Below, in pieces: positions 44,439 through 54,381 of a stretch of DNA of 64,000 nucleotides. Each line of letters starts with the position of its first letter. Within the stretch, counting starts at the first letter, position 1. Where the stretch lies: the NCBI GenBank assembly GCA_965222225.1, contig CBDCTK010000002.1, forward strand, positions 5,184,001-5,248,000, given 5' to 3'. The notes under the pieces were generated by a model. It was not told the origin of the DNA and did no database searches. It saw only the letters and a program-made list of their open reading frames with translations. The translations under genes were made by a program, and so were the position numbers. This DNA comes from Candidatus Poribacteria bacterium (GTDB taxonomy: Bacteria; Poribacteria; WGA-4E; JAJDTR01).

Positions 44439-44615
44439 GATCAAGCGAATGGATAATGAGCGCGATAGAGATCCAAAGGCGATAGAAGATCCTGATAGAG
44501 ATTCCTCAAGCGAATGGCTAGAACGACGTAAATCAACCGAACGAATAGTGAGGGCGATACCGCGTTCATAACGACCAATCAACTGAGCGCTTAACGAAGG
44601 CGATAGGAGATTCTG
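44439..44615 (+). repeat. Cluster of 36-nt elements directly after a stop codon
   Basis: Copies near 44439, 44532 and 44577 plus fragments. Confidence 0.7.
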
Positions 44616-44884
44616 ATCGGGATCTGTAGATGATTGATGTCCTAAATAGTTCCCAAGGAAGTTCTTCCCAATCACGACTTCCCGTCCATAGAAAAACTCG
44701 CTCATACAGTTGGCTTGTCGTAGCAATCTTCGATCGTCCAATCGTCCATCTTCGTTCTTTTTATTTCGCGTCCGACTGGTCGTTCACTTGTTTGTAAACC
44801 GCGAGACGTCTAAATGTGAATGTGAATGTGAATGGCTACAATAGGACAAATCGAGAAACTTGCTCCGATTGAAAGGGGACACTC

Positions 44885-46513
44885 ATGAAAGTCATACGGT
44901 TTATCGTCATCAGCTTGTTGCTCAATTTCCTGTTCACGGCGACAGGCCAAACTGCAGGAAAGGAAATCAAGTTGATTGGTGTCGAAGATGGGTCGAACAA
45001 CAATCATCTGTCCGCAGATGTCATTGGTGACTCGGTAATCGTCGGCGCGCGAGGAGGAGGTCTCGCGAAACTCTATGTGGGCGCCGGCGAGAAATGGAAA
45101 CTGGTAGCTGAGCTCATTGCCAAAGATGCAAATCAGCGGGATCCGGCTGTACCCGCCTTTGGATGGGCGGTCTCGCTTGCTGCTCCCCATGAACGCGCCA
45201 GCGCAAACTATGCCGTCATTGGAGCGCCAAAAGACCTTCATGGCGGTGACAACGAAGAAGGAATATTCGGCCATCAAGGATTCGGCGCCGTTTATACCTT
45301 CGCTCCTAGCCGAGGTACGTGGAAGCAGCAGCATAAGATTATCGCCCCAGATCCGAAAGAGAAAGATCAGTTTGGTTTCGCTGTCTCAATCGAAAGAGGT
45401 ACCATGGTGATCGGTGCACCGGGAGAAGACGGCGCAGCCAAGGACGGGGGCGCCGCCTATGTCTTTGTACGCGATGGAGAGGAATGGAAACAGAGTGCGA
45501 AAATCATCCCCGAGGATTTGGGTGGATTGGACGCTTTCGGCGAGTGTGCTGTGCTTCGCGGGAACACCGTTGTCATCGGGGCGCCTGGGCACACGCATGG
45601 CGGAATCAGATTTACCGGTGCCGCTTACGTCTTTGTGCGCAACGGGGACACGTGGGAGCAACAGGCGAAGCTGACAGCCAATGACGCCGGCAAAGCCGAC
45701 CGGTTCGGTCATTCTGTCGCTATGGCTGGAGAGACCATCATTGTGGGTTCGCCCTTGAACGATACTGTTGGCGGAAAAGACACCGGCGCCGCCTATGTCT
45801 TTGTCCGCGATGGCGACAGGTGGAATCAGCAAGCGAAGCTAGTCGCACAAGGCTTACGAGCGAAGGATCAGTTCGGATTCGGGGTTGCCACTACGGGCAG
45901 CATAGCCGTTGTGGGCGCGCCGTTGCGCCATGAGCGCGCGCCTGCGGCGGGCGCCGCTTATTCTTTCGTGAGAGTTAATGGCGATTGGGAGGAGAAAAAG
46001 AAGGTTGTCCTCGACGACGAAAGGCAAAAACTCAATTTCGGCACATGGGTCGCCATGAGCGGCAATACCGTCGTCGTCTCGGCGCATAACGACACCAACG
46101 ATGGGCCGGGTTGGGGAAACGGCACGGCAGCGTTTGTATACAGTAGTGTAGAAGATTTCGGAACGCCGCCGTTTGCTGTTGATCCGTATGGATTGGCGCT
46201 GACGACCTTTGGTAGGGTTAGGAATACCGCGTTGCTTCAGAACTATCCCAATCCGTTCAACCCGGAAACGTGGATGCCGTACCAATTGGCGGCTGATGCC
46301 CCGGTCGCCATCAACATCTTCAACGTTCAAGGGCAACTGATTCGGGAGTTGAATCTCGGCGCACAAAAAGCGGGCACCTATCTGAGCAGAGACACCGCCG
46401 CCTATTGGGACGGTCGAGACCAGCTAGGACAGACCGTTTCCAGCGGGGTTTATTTCTACTCTATGCAGGCGGACACATTTCGTGCGACGCGGAGAATGTT
46501 CATCTTAAAATAG
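44885..46513 (+). CDS. FG-GAP beta-propeller protein 6
   Basis: Same architecture. Confidence 0.9.
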   Translation: MKVIRFIVISLLLNFLFTATGQTAGKEIKLIGVEDGSNNNHLSADVIGDSVIVGARGGGLAKLYVGAGEKWKLVAELIAKDANQRDPAVPAFGWAVSLAAPHERASANYAVIGAPKDLHGGDNEEGIFGHQGFGAVYTFAPSRGTWKQQHKIIAPDPKEKDQFGFAVSIERGTMVIGAPGEDGAAKDGGAAYVFVRDGEEWKQSAKIIPEDLGGLDAFGECAVLRGNTVVIGAPGHTHGGIRFTGAAYVFVRNGDTWEQQAKLTANDAGKADRFGHSVAMAGETIIVGSPLNDTVGGKDTGAAYVFVRDGDRWNQQAKLVAQGLRAKDQFGFGVATTGSIAVVGAPLRHERAPAAGAAYSFVRVNGDWEEKKKVVLDDERQKLNFGTWVAMSGNTVVVSAHNDTNDGPGWGNGTAAFVYSSVEDFGTPPFAVDPYGLALTTFGRVRNTALLQNYPNPFNPETWMPYQLAADAPVAINIFNVQGQLIRELNLGAQKAGTYLSRDTAAYWDGRDQLGQTVSSGVYFYSMQADTFRATRRMFILK

Positions 46514-46642
46514 AACGGGAAGAATGGAATCGTATAAGCGTGCTTTATTCTTTCTATTGCCCCTTAGCCGCTTATCCCCATTAATGAATATACAGTGTTA
46601 TTTATACCGACGAATTCAGTTTGACATCGGGAGGAAAATGTC

Positions 46643-48247
46643 ATGAAAATGTGTATAAGATTTGTCCTTATCAGTCTGATGATTGTCACTATGTCGGCGA
46701 ACATCAGTCACGCTGGCGAATTCAAACTTGTCGCTGCCGAGGATGGTACGAGAAACAGCCACATGACGGCTGACATTATCGGTGATACTCTGATTGTTGG
46801 AGTACACGAGGGGTTTGGTTTAGCCAAAATCTATGTTGGTTCCGGAAAAAAGTGGAAAGTGCAGGCAGAACTCTCCGCTCTTGAAGGCGGTGGAGACGAA
46901 AACAGAGGCGTCCCCGGATTCGGATGGTCGGTCGCACTTACCGCTCCGCATGAGTTTGCTAGCGCGGACTATGCCCTAATCGGAGCAGCAAGGGACCATG
47001 CTGCCGGAGCATTATCTGGCTCAGCCTATATCTTCGCTCGCAATCGGACGACATGGAAGGAACAGGCGAAACTCATTGGCGGAGATACAGCCAAAGAGGA
47101 CAATTTCGGCTGGGCGGTGGCTATTGACAGGAACACTGCAGTCATTGGCGCTCCCGGCGACGACGACGCCGGAAGCAGCTCGGGTGCAGCCTTTGTCTTT
47201 GAATTCGAACGCATAAAATGGAAAGAGAAAGCGAAACTCATTCCCAAGGATTTAGACCGATCAGCCGCTCTCGGAACTTCGGTCTTGGTTCAAAAGGACA
47301 CGATCATCGTCGGGGCGCCAAGGCACACGCATAGCGGTGTCAGGTTCACCGGCGCCGCCTTCGTCTTTCGACGCGACGGAGACAAGTGGGTCGAACATAC
47401 CATGCTCACCGCCGATGACGCCGCTAAAAGTGACAGTTTCGGTACTTCGATTGCCATAAGCGGCGACACGGTTGTCGTAGGCGCGCCATTAGCCGATACG
47501 GACAGAGGAAAAGATGCTGGCGCCGCCTATGTCTTCGTTCGCGATGCCGGTGGATGGAAACAGCAGGCGAAACTGGGTTCCAGCGATGCAAAGAAAGCCG
47601 ATCAGTTCGGATCTAGTGTCGCCATTGAGGGAAACAACGTCATCGTTGGCGCCAAAACTCGCGACGAGGGCGAACCGGGCTCGGGCGCCGCATATTCATT
47701 TGTGCGTTCGAACGGGGTATGGGAGCAGAAACAGAAAGTCGCACCCGATGACCCCGGGCAAAAGATTAATTACGGTACTTGGGTCGCTGTGAGCGGCAAC
47801 ACCGTCATTGTCTCGGCACATAACGGGCCGAACGATGGCCCCGAATGGGGTAAAGGCGCCACGGTTCACATCTATAACGGCATTGAAGATTTCGACGCAG
47901 TACCCTACTCAGTCGAGCCGTTCGGTTTGGCTGTGACAACTTTCGGGAAGATTAGGCGTACAGCGCTGCTTCAGAATTTTCCCAATCCCTTCAACCCGGA
48001 GACATGGCTGCCGTATCGATTGGCGGCTGATGCTCCCGTGACCCTCCACATCTACAATGTCCGAGGACAACAGATAAGAGAACTCGATCTCGGCGTACAA
48101 AAGGCGGGAGGCTATCTAAACCGAGAAACCGCCGCTTATTGGGATGGTAGAGACAATGTCGGACAGACCGTTTCCAGTGGAGTCTACTTCTACAGTCTAC
48201 AGGCAGACACATTCCGTGCAACGCGCAGAATGCTTATTTTGAAGTAG
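46643..48247 (+). CDS. FG-GAP beta-propeller protein 7
   Basis: Same architecture. Confidence 0.9.
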   Translation: MKMCIRFVLISLMIVTMSANISHAGEFKLVAAEDGTRNSHMTADIIGDTLIVGVHEGFGLAKIYVGSGKKWKVQAELSALEGGGDENRGVPGFGWSVALTAPHEFASADYALIGAARDHAAGALSGSAYIFARNRTTWKEQAKLIGGDTAKEDNFGWAVAIDRNTAVIGAPGDDDAGSSSGAAFVFEFERIKWKEKAKLIPKDLDRSAALGTSVLVQKDTIIVGAPRHTHSGVRFTGAAFVFRRDGDKWVEHTMLTADDAAKSDSFGTSIAISGDTVVVGAPLADTDRGKDAGAAYVFVRDAGGWKQQAKLGSSDAKKADQFGSSVAIEGNNVIVGAKTRDEGEPGSGAAYSFVRSNGVWEQKQKVAPDDPGQKINYGTWVAVSGNTVIVSAHNGPNDGPEWGKGATVHIYNGIEDFDAVPYSVEPFGLAVTTFGKIRRTALLQNFPNPFNPETWLPYRLAADAPVTLHIYNVRGQQIRELDLGVQKAGGYLNRETAAYWDGRDNVGQTVSSGVYFYSLQADTFRATRRMLILK

Positions 48248-48448
48248 ATCAAGCTAGTGGATAGCGAGTAGAATGCTCTATCGGAGTTCTATCGCACTCC
48301 TTATTCATTCGCTCGATCCCTCCTTATTCAGTCGGTTGATCGATTGCGATCTTTCTTGCCCCGCCTTGGATAGAATTGACTTGCACCATTAATGCACCGC
48401 ACAGTTCCTGTTTTTTTGCGTAAGTCCTGAAAATAGAGGGAGATCACC

Positions 48449-50053
48449 ATGACAAAAATGTTGCAATCCGTCTTCAGTTGTCTAATGCTCTGCATCCTGT
48501 TCGCTGCCGTAGGTAATGCCGCCGGATTCAAGTTGGTTGCCGTTGAGGAGGGGACCAGAAATGGCCATCTAACGTCCGATATTAATGGGGACACCATAAT
48601 CATTGGAGCGCATGCGGGTTTCGGCATGGCAAAAATCTACGTTGGGAGTGGCACAAAATGGAAAGAACAGGCTGAACTTACCGTGAAGCCCGTCGGTGGA
48701 GACGTGGAAAGGAGCATTCCCGCTTTCGGATGGGCTGTCGCTCTTACGGGCCCCCATGAGTTGGCTAGTCCCGACTATGCAGTTATCGGGGCGGCAAGGG
48801 CCGGAGCAGATCAATCGCTGGCTGGAGCGGCATATATTTTCGTCCGCAACCGTAACCAATGGAACGAACAAGCGAAACTGGTCGGCGCGGATGTGGCGCC
48901 AGCCGACAGTTTTGGACATGCGGTCTCCATTGAAAGGGAGGTTGCCGTCATTGGTTCGCCCGGCGATGATGATGCCGGTAGCAGCTCGGGTTCGGCATAT
49001 ATCTTCGTCCGCAACGGAACCGAATGGAAACAGCAGGTTAAGCTCGCTCCGGCAGATCTACAACGCTCGGACGCCTTCGGAAGTGCCGTTCTAGTCTATA
49101 GGAACACCATCATTGTCGGGGCGCCGAAACATACGCATAGCGGTGTTAGATTCACCGGCGCGGCTTACGTGTTTGAACGCAACGGGGACACTTGGGTACA
49201 AGAGACCAAACTCGCAGCCGACGATTCCGCCCCGAGCGACAATTTCGGAGCTTCTCTTGCGATGAGCGGAAACACCATCATCGTTGGCGCGCCGTTAACT
49301 GACACCGACCGTGGAAAAGATACCGGTGCAGCCTATGTTTTCGTCCGAGAGGGCGGAGGGTGGCGGCAGCAGGCAAAACTCGGTTCCGGCGACGCAAAGA
49401 AAGCCGATCAGTTTGGGTCTGGTGTTGCCACAAGTGGAAGTATCGTCATCGTTGGCGCCAAAACTCGTGATGCAGGTGGACCGGGATCAGGGGCGACATA
49501 TTCCTTCGTGCGGGTTAACGGACGCTGGGAGGAGCGGGAAAAGGTCTTGCCTAGAGATTCGGGGCAAAAGATCAACTACGGGGAATGGGTCGCAATAAGA
49601 GGCAACACCGTCATAGTTTCCGCGCACAACGCACCCAATGACGGGCCCGAATCAGCCCACGGCGCCGTGGTGTACGTTTACGATAGCGTCAAAGATTTCA
49701 ACACGCCGCCATTCGCTGTCGTGCCCTCTGACTTGAGCGTAACAACACTGGGACAGATCAAGCGCACGGCGCTGCTTCAGAACTTCCCCAATCCGTTTAA
49801 CCCGGAGACCTGGCTGCCGTACCGCTTGGCGAACGACGCCGATGTCAAAATTCGCATCTACGATGTCCGTGGGAGTTTAACGCGCGAGTTAAATCTCGGG
49901 ACGCAAACATCGGGCGAATACCTGACACGAAAAACAGCCGCCTATTGGGACGGTAGAAACCAATTCGGTGAGACCGTATCGAGTGGCATTCACTATTACA
50001 CATTGCGTGCTGGCTCGTTCCAAGCCACGCGGAGAATGTTGGTCGTGAAATAG
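48449..50053 (+). CDS. FG-GAP beta-propeller protein 8
   Basis: Same architecture. Confidence 0.9.
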   Translation: MTKMLQSVFSCLMLCILFAAVGNAAGFKLVAVEEGTRNGHLTSDINGDTIIIGAHAGFGMAKIYVGSGTKWKEQAELTVKPVGGDVERSIPAFGWAVALTGPHELASPDYAVIGAARAGADQSLAGAAYIFVRNRNQWNEQAKLVGADVAPADSFGHAVSIEREVAVIGSPGDDDAGSSSGSAYIFVRNGTEWKQQVKLAPADLQRSDAFGSAVLVYRNTIIVGAPKHTHSGVRFTGAAYVFERNGDTWVQETKLAADDSAPSDNFGASLAMSGNTIIVGAPLTDTDRGKDTGAAYVFVREGGGWRQQAKLGSGDAKKADQFGSGVATSGSIVIVGAKTRDAGGPGSGATYSFVRVNGRWEEREKVLPRDSGQKINYGEWVAIRGNTVIVSAHNAPNDGPESAHGAVVYVYDSVKDFNTPPFAVVPSDLSVTTLGQIKRTALLQNFPNPFNPETWLPYRLANDADVKIRIYDVRGSLTRELNLGTQTSGEYLTRKTAAYWDGRNQFGETVSSGIHYYTLRAGSFQATRRMLVVK

Positions 50054-50251
50054 TATTAACGCACTTCGGTTGGTGTTAACGTATTATGCCACACCTCCGT
50101 CCTGTAGAAGGGAATCTACTTTACGATAGGTTTTTGGCGAAACTTTCGTTCATCAAATCAGAGATACTCACCAAACACTCATTTATTTGCGGTCAAAGAC
50201 AAACATTTGTTGCATCTTCCTGACATCGACAAACATCGAGAGGAGATTTCC

Positions 50252-51826
50252 TTGAAACACTTAAAGTTAATTCTAGCCGCTCTAATCCTTGGTATTGGCC
50301 TAGCAACCTTCACTCACACCGCTTTGGCGCAAAAGGGCATCAAGCTGATTGCAGACGAGGACAACGACATCGGATCTCAACTGTCCGCCGCTATAAGCGA
50401 AAACTCTGTGATTGTTGGATCAATTTCTGAAAACACTGTGACAGTGTTTGCATTCGATGGAAAAAACTGGGCAAAACAAGCGGAACTAATCCCTCGAGAC
50501 GAGGGCAGTGTCGGATGGTCGGTCGCCATCAGCGGCGACAGCCTGATCATCGGCGTTCCTCATGACGATGCTGGCGCCGAAACCTCAGGCTCAGCATTTA
50601 TTTTTGTTCGGAAGGGCCAAAACTGGGATCAGCGAGCGAAACTGGGCACCGACGACCCGACAAAAGCGGACAATTTCGGATATTCTGTAGCGATTGACAG
50701 GAATACCGCCATTGTTGGTGTCCCGAGGGACGATGACGCGGGCAAAGACTCCGGATCAGCCTACGTATTCTTCCGCGAGGGGGCAGCGTGGAGGAAGCAG
50801 GCGAAGCTAGTTGGCTCGGATCTGGCGGGTGGAGACGCCTTCGGCGAATCTGTCTTCTTCCATGGCAACACGGCTGTCGTCGGTGCGAATGGACATACAC
50901 ATAGTGGCGCGAGATTTGCCGGCGCAGCTTACGTTTTCGTGCGTAGTGGAGATCGGTGGACAGAAAAAGCCAAACTCGTAGCTGCCGATGCCGCGAAAGC
51001 CGACCGTTTCGGAAGTTCGGTTAGCATGAGCGGAAAGACCATTGTTGTCGGGGTGCCGTTTCATGACACTGAACGCGGAACCGATGCGGGAGCCGCCTAT
51101 GTCTTTGCGCTTGACGGAGCAGCTTGGAAATTTCAAGCCAAGCTCACGCCTAACAAATCAAAGAAAAACCTTAAGTTCGGATTTGGCGTTGCCACCACTG
51201 GAAGAATTGTCATTGTTGGGGCACCAGGGCACGACGATCCGGCGAGAGGTTCAGGCGCCGCCTATTCCTTCGTACGCACCGAAGGTGTTTGGGCAGAAAA
51301 AGCTACTGTCGTACCGGAGGACGGCGCCAAAGATTTACACTTCGGCTCCGCGATCTCCATGAGCGAGAACGCGGTTGCTGTCGCGTCCCATAGTGGGCCA
51401 TTTTTGAACCACGACGGAAAACCCAACGGCGATGGCCACGCCGCATATATCTATAGTAGTATCGAGGATTTTGGAACGCCGCCGTTTGCTGTTGATCCGT
51501 TTGGATTGAGAGTGACGACGCTAGCTCAAGTTAAGCGGACAGCGCTCCTTCAGAATTTTCCCAATCCGTTTAACCCGGAAACCTGGATTCCGTATCGCTT
51601 GGGTGCTGACTCCGACGTTACACTTAGCATTTACAATGTCCAAGGGCAACTCATGCGACAATTAAATCTAGGTGAACAAACCGCCGGTGAGTATTCTACG
51701 CGAGAACGCGCTGCCTATTGGGATGGACGCAATAGTCGGGGTGAACACGTGTCAAACGGAATCTATTTCTATCAATTGTCCACTCCAACCTTCGATCGGA
51801 CGAAACGGATGGTAATTGTAAAATAG
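50252..51826 (+). CDS. FG-GAP beta-propeller protein 9
   Basis: Same architecture; TTG start after GAGGAG. Confidence 0.9.
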   Translation: MKHLKLILAALILGIGLATFTHTALAQKGIKLIADEDNDIGSQLSAAISENSVIVGSISENTVTVFAFDGKNWAKQAELIPRDEGSVGWSVAISGDSLIIGVPHDDAGAETSGSAFIFVRKGQNWDQRAKLGTDDPTKADNFGYSVAIDRNTAIVGVPRDDDAGKDSGSAYVFFREGAAWRKQAKLVGSDLAGGDAFGESVFFHGNTAVVGANGHTHSGARFAGAAYVFVRSGDRWTEKAKLVAADAAKADRFGSSVSMSGKTIVVGVPFHDTERGTDAGAAYVFALDGAAWKFQAKLTPNKSKKNLKFGFGVATTGRIVIVGAPGHDDPARGSGAAYSFVRTEGVWAEKATVVPEDGAKDLHFGSAISMSENAVAVASHSGPFLNHDGKPNGDGHAAYIYSSIEDFGTPPFAVDPFGLRVTTLAQVKRTALLQNFPNPFNPETWIPYRLGADSDVTLSIYNVQGQLMRQLNLGEQTAGEYSTRERAAYWDGRNSRGEHVSNGIYFYQLSTPTFDRTKRMVIVK

Positions 51827-52101
51827 TAGCAAAGCGAAACCGATTGTTTTTCCTAAAAACTCGGTTTCTTCCCTTACCTACCTCAGATCGTAGGGAATGC
51901 AGATCTGCATTCCTCATAGGGTCTTTAATCCGCGAAATCCTGTAATCCGTTTAATCCGTGATTCAGACAATTCCCAAAAAGCGTCCGCGTATGAGTTTTG
52001 ATTATTAAATCGAATCTGCAATCATTCAACCAATCGGATTTCAACAATTATAAATCTTAGGCTACTTCTAAAGATCTCTGCGACCGGATGACGTTATGGC
52101 A

Positions 52102-52788
52102 CTACCATCTGCGGGTAAAGCTCAGCCTTCCCGTTAAACCCGATTGCTCCTCCATTCTCTTGGTATCATACCCGGCAAGGATACCAAGCGTGTTATTTTT
52201 GCCGTATCCGATATTGATCCGTGCACCGAGAATCTGGCTGAAAACTGTTCTCTCATCTCCCAAACCCACTACGGCTTCAAACTGCGGGCCAACCGCGACA
52301 GTCCTGTTAAGGGAATAGGTGAGGTAATTGCGCGTGTAGACTTCGTTGTCCCGTTCCTCATCAAACACGGAATAGAGCGACCCAATCGTCCACGACTTGA
52401 GGAAGATTTTACCGGCGGGCAGAAACACAAACAGATGTGGAAAAATAGCGGAGGGACCATCCGGCGCTTTATAGTCAAACCCAAGACCAAGCATGGGCAG
52501 CAGCGTGAGGCTAAAACTTTCCCCTTTAACAGCCGGGATGGAAACACCGAGGTCAAACTCGCCGAGTGTATCGTCAATGTAAATATTGGACTCTAGCGAG
52601 ACACCGCCTATCGAATGCGTTGCCCCAATCAGGAAATGCGTACCCAAGCTATCGGTATCAACTCGGAACCAGCCGGGAATACGAGGTTTTTCAGAGTCAA
52701 CTTCACCCGCATGGCTGTCCTCAAGAATCGAAAAACTGGCGATCGTCACCATGCAAACAATCGTCAAAACAGGAATAAAGCGACACAC
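52102..52788 (-). CDS. Putative outer-membrane beta-barrel protein
   Basis: Signal peptide, alternating amphipathic strands, terminal aromatic (GRLSFTRRW); promoter TTGACA-17-TATGCT at 52861-52833. Confidence 0.6.
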   Translation of the reverse strand: MCRFIPVLTIVCMVTIASFSILEDSHAGEVDSEKPRIPGWFRVDTDSLGTHFLIGATHSIGGVSLESNIYIDDTLGEFDLGVSIPAVKGESFSLTLLPMLGLGFDYKAPDGPSAIFPHLFVFLPAGKIFLKSWTIGSLYSVFDEERDNEVYTRNYLTYSLNRTVAVGPQFEAVVGLGDERTVFSQILGARINIGYGKNNTLGILAGYDTKRMEEQSGLTGRLSFTRRW

Positions 52789-53141
52789 AATGCGTTGCCA
52801 TCCTTTCGTGTAATAGAATTCAACTGTACGTTAGCATAAGCAATTACTGTCTATTTGTCAAGATACTCAAGCCTTCTATTCAAGGGCAATCACACCCTAA
52901 TCTTGAGTGTGTTGTGCGGCGGCCACTGCCCACAGTCTCTAAGTCGCAATCTCAATCTTTTCACCTCTCTTCCAGGGCGAAGTAGAGGCCATCTCTACAA
53001 CCAAAATTAGATGCGATCGCCCTACATTCTGATACCAATAAATTGGACAAAGCAAGTCTATTCATGCTAGGATGTTATACCTAATCTTGGAATATCGCAC
53101 TTCTGAAAGGGGTGAATGGTCTTGCGGCACAATCGAATTCA

Positions 53142-53941
53142 GAGAGTGTTCACACAAAGATAGATAAGGCAATCTTCTGATACCGACGGAAGACCTCTGG
53201 GTCGCTCAAAGCAGTCCATAACTTCATGGCATTGTCCACCATCTCAAGTTTCTTGGATACTATTTTGGTGCGGCGTGTGAATCGTCCAAGATGATGGCGT
53301 GTATTGCTGTTATCACGTTTGACTGTTGCTGTCCCTGATTTCCCGATGTGATGACGCTCCGCAGGAAGTACCTTGGCAAACGCTTCCCAATTGTCAGTGT
53401 AATACTGGCAGTCACTTAAGTGTTTCACTTTGTCGAATAGCCGTCTGAAGGTATCAGCATCACGACCACCGATAACCCAGGCAACGGTTTTGCCTGTTTC
53501 ACGAGAAACTGCTTTGTGAATCCATCTTTTGTTTTTTTTGACCCGATAAAATGCCACATCTCATCAAATTCCAATTCACGGGTATTGATTGGAATCTCAG
53601 GCTCCGACAACAGGGCTGCTTCCTTTGCAAGCCATTTTTGAACAGTACTTGGCGATACATTAAACAAGTTGGCAATAGTGCCATAAGATGCTTTTGCAAG
53701 GGAGTAGAGAATTACTGCAAAAGCACGCTTGATGGTGGTTTGAGGGTTGGTTCTCTCGTCTCCCTCAACGAAATTATAACCGCACGTTTTACAACGGTAT
53801 CGCTGTTTGGAACGAACGAATCCGTTTTTCGTGACTTCCGAACTTTGACAGTTCTTACAGTTTGACATAATATCTCCTTCCTGACCTTTCTGGTTAGTTA
53901 GAGGAATTATATCATAAATCTATCTATATGGCAATACTCTC
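53142..53941 (-). mobile_element. IS1-family element with 8-bp TSD
   Basis: TSD CGAATTCA at 53134-53141 and 53942-53949; ends GAGAGTGTT / AATACTCTC. Confidence 0.9.
53150..53868 (-). CDS. IS1 transposase InsAB via -1 frameshift
   Basis: Zn-ribbon CKNC..CKTC, DEMWHF, A8C slip site at 53531-53539, YTDNW; expected catalytic E reads K (VKRDN). Confidence 0.85.
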
Positions 53942-54381
53942 CGAATTCACATCAATCTCACCGGCTGGATGATTGCGATGGGAATTTGTTGTTATCTGAT
54001 AACGTTAGGTCTTATCGAGATCGTGCATGAACACGAGGTTTCCGATTCGCACGATTGTTCTGCCTGCTTTTTCAGTGCGAACCACCTCGGAATTGCGCTC
54101 CAAGCTGTAGACCTCCCAAATCTAGACTCTTGTATCTCAATTCATCACCCTTTCGACCCGGCTTTTATATCCACGGCAGTTGTTGGCAATGTCCGTAGCC
54201 GCGCCCCACCAGCGTCCACTGCTTAATCCACCAGTTGTATCGGGATCTCAGTTTCTTTACCCAAGTTATTTCTGCCTATTTCCCGGTCGATTCTAGGTAA
54301 CCTTGATAACAGTCTAACTGTATCTACCTTCCCATCGGCATTCATGCCGGGAATACAATCTATTTATACTCGGAGGACAAC

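Larger units (their letters stand above)
53116..54226 (+). pseudogene. DUF2946-like metal-sensing leader (CxxC, RAPP) interrupted by IS1
   Basis: Removing IS1 and one TSD restores MVLRHNRIHINLTGWMIAMG...HEH..HDCSAC...RSRAPP. Confidence 0.75.

Noticed and set aside
44812-44834. (TGTGAA)n repeat as a phase-variation tract
   Set aside because: Only about three units and not clearly within a promoter.
34457-51826. Diversity-generating retroelement or shufflon driving the FG-GAP variation
   Set aside because: No reverse transcriptase, no TR/VR pair with adenine-specific differences, and no invertase or inverted cassettes.
53068-53090. Possible Zur box (ATGTTATA)
   Set aside because: Only a half-site; no palindrome.
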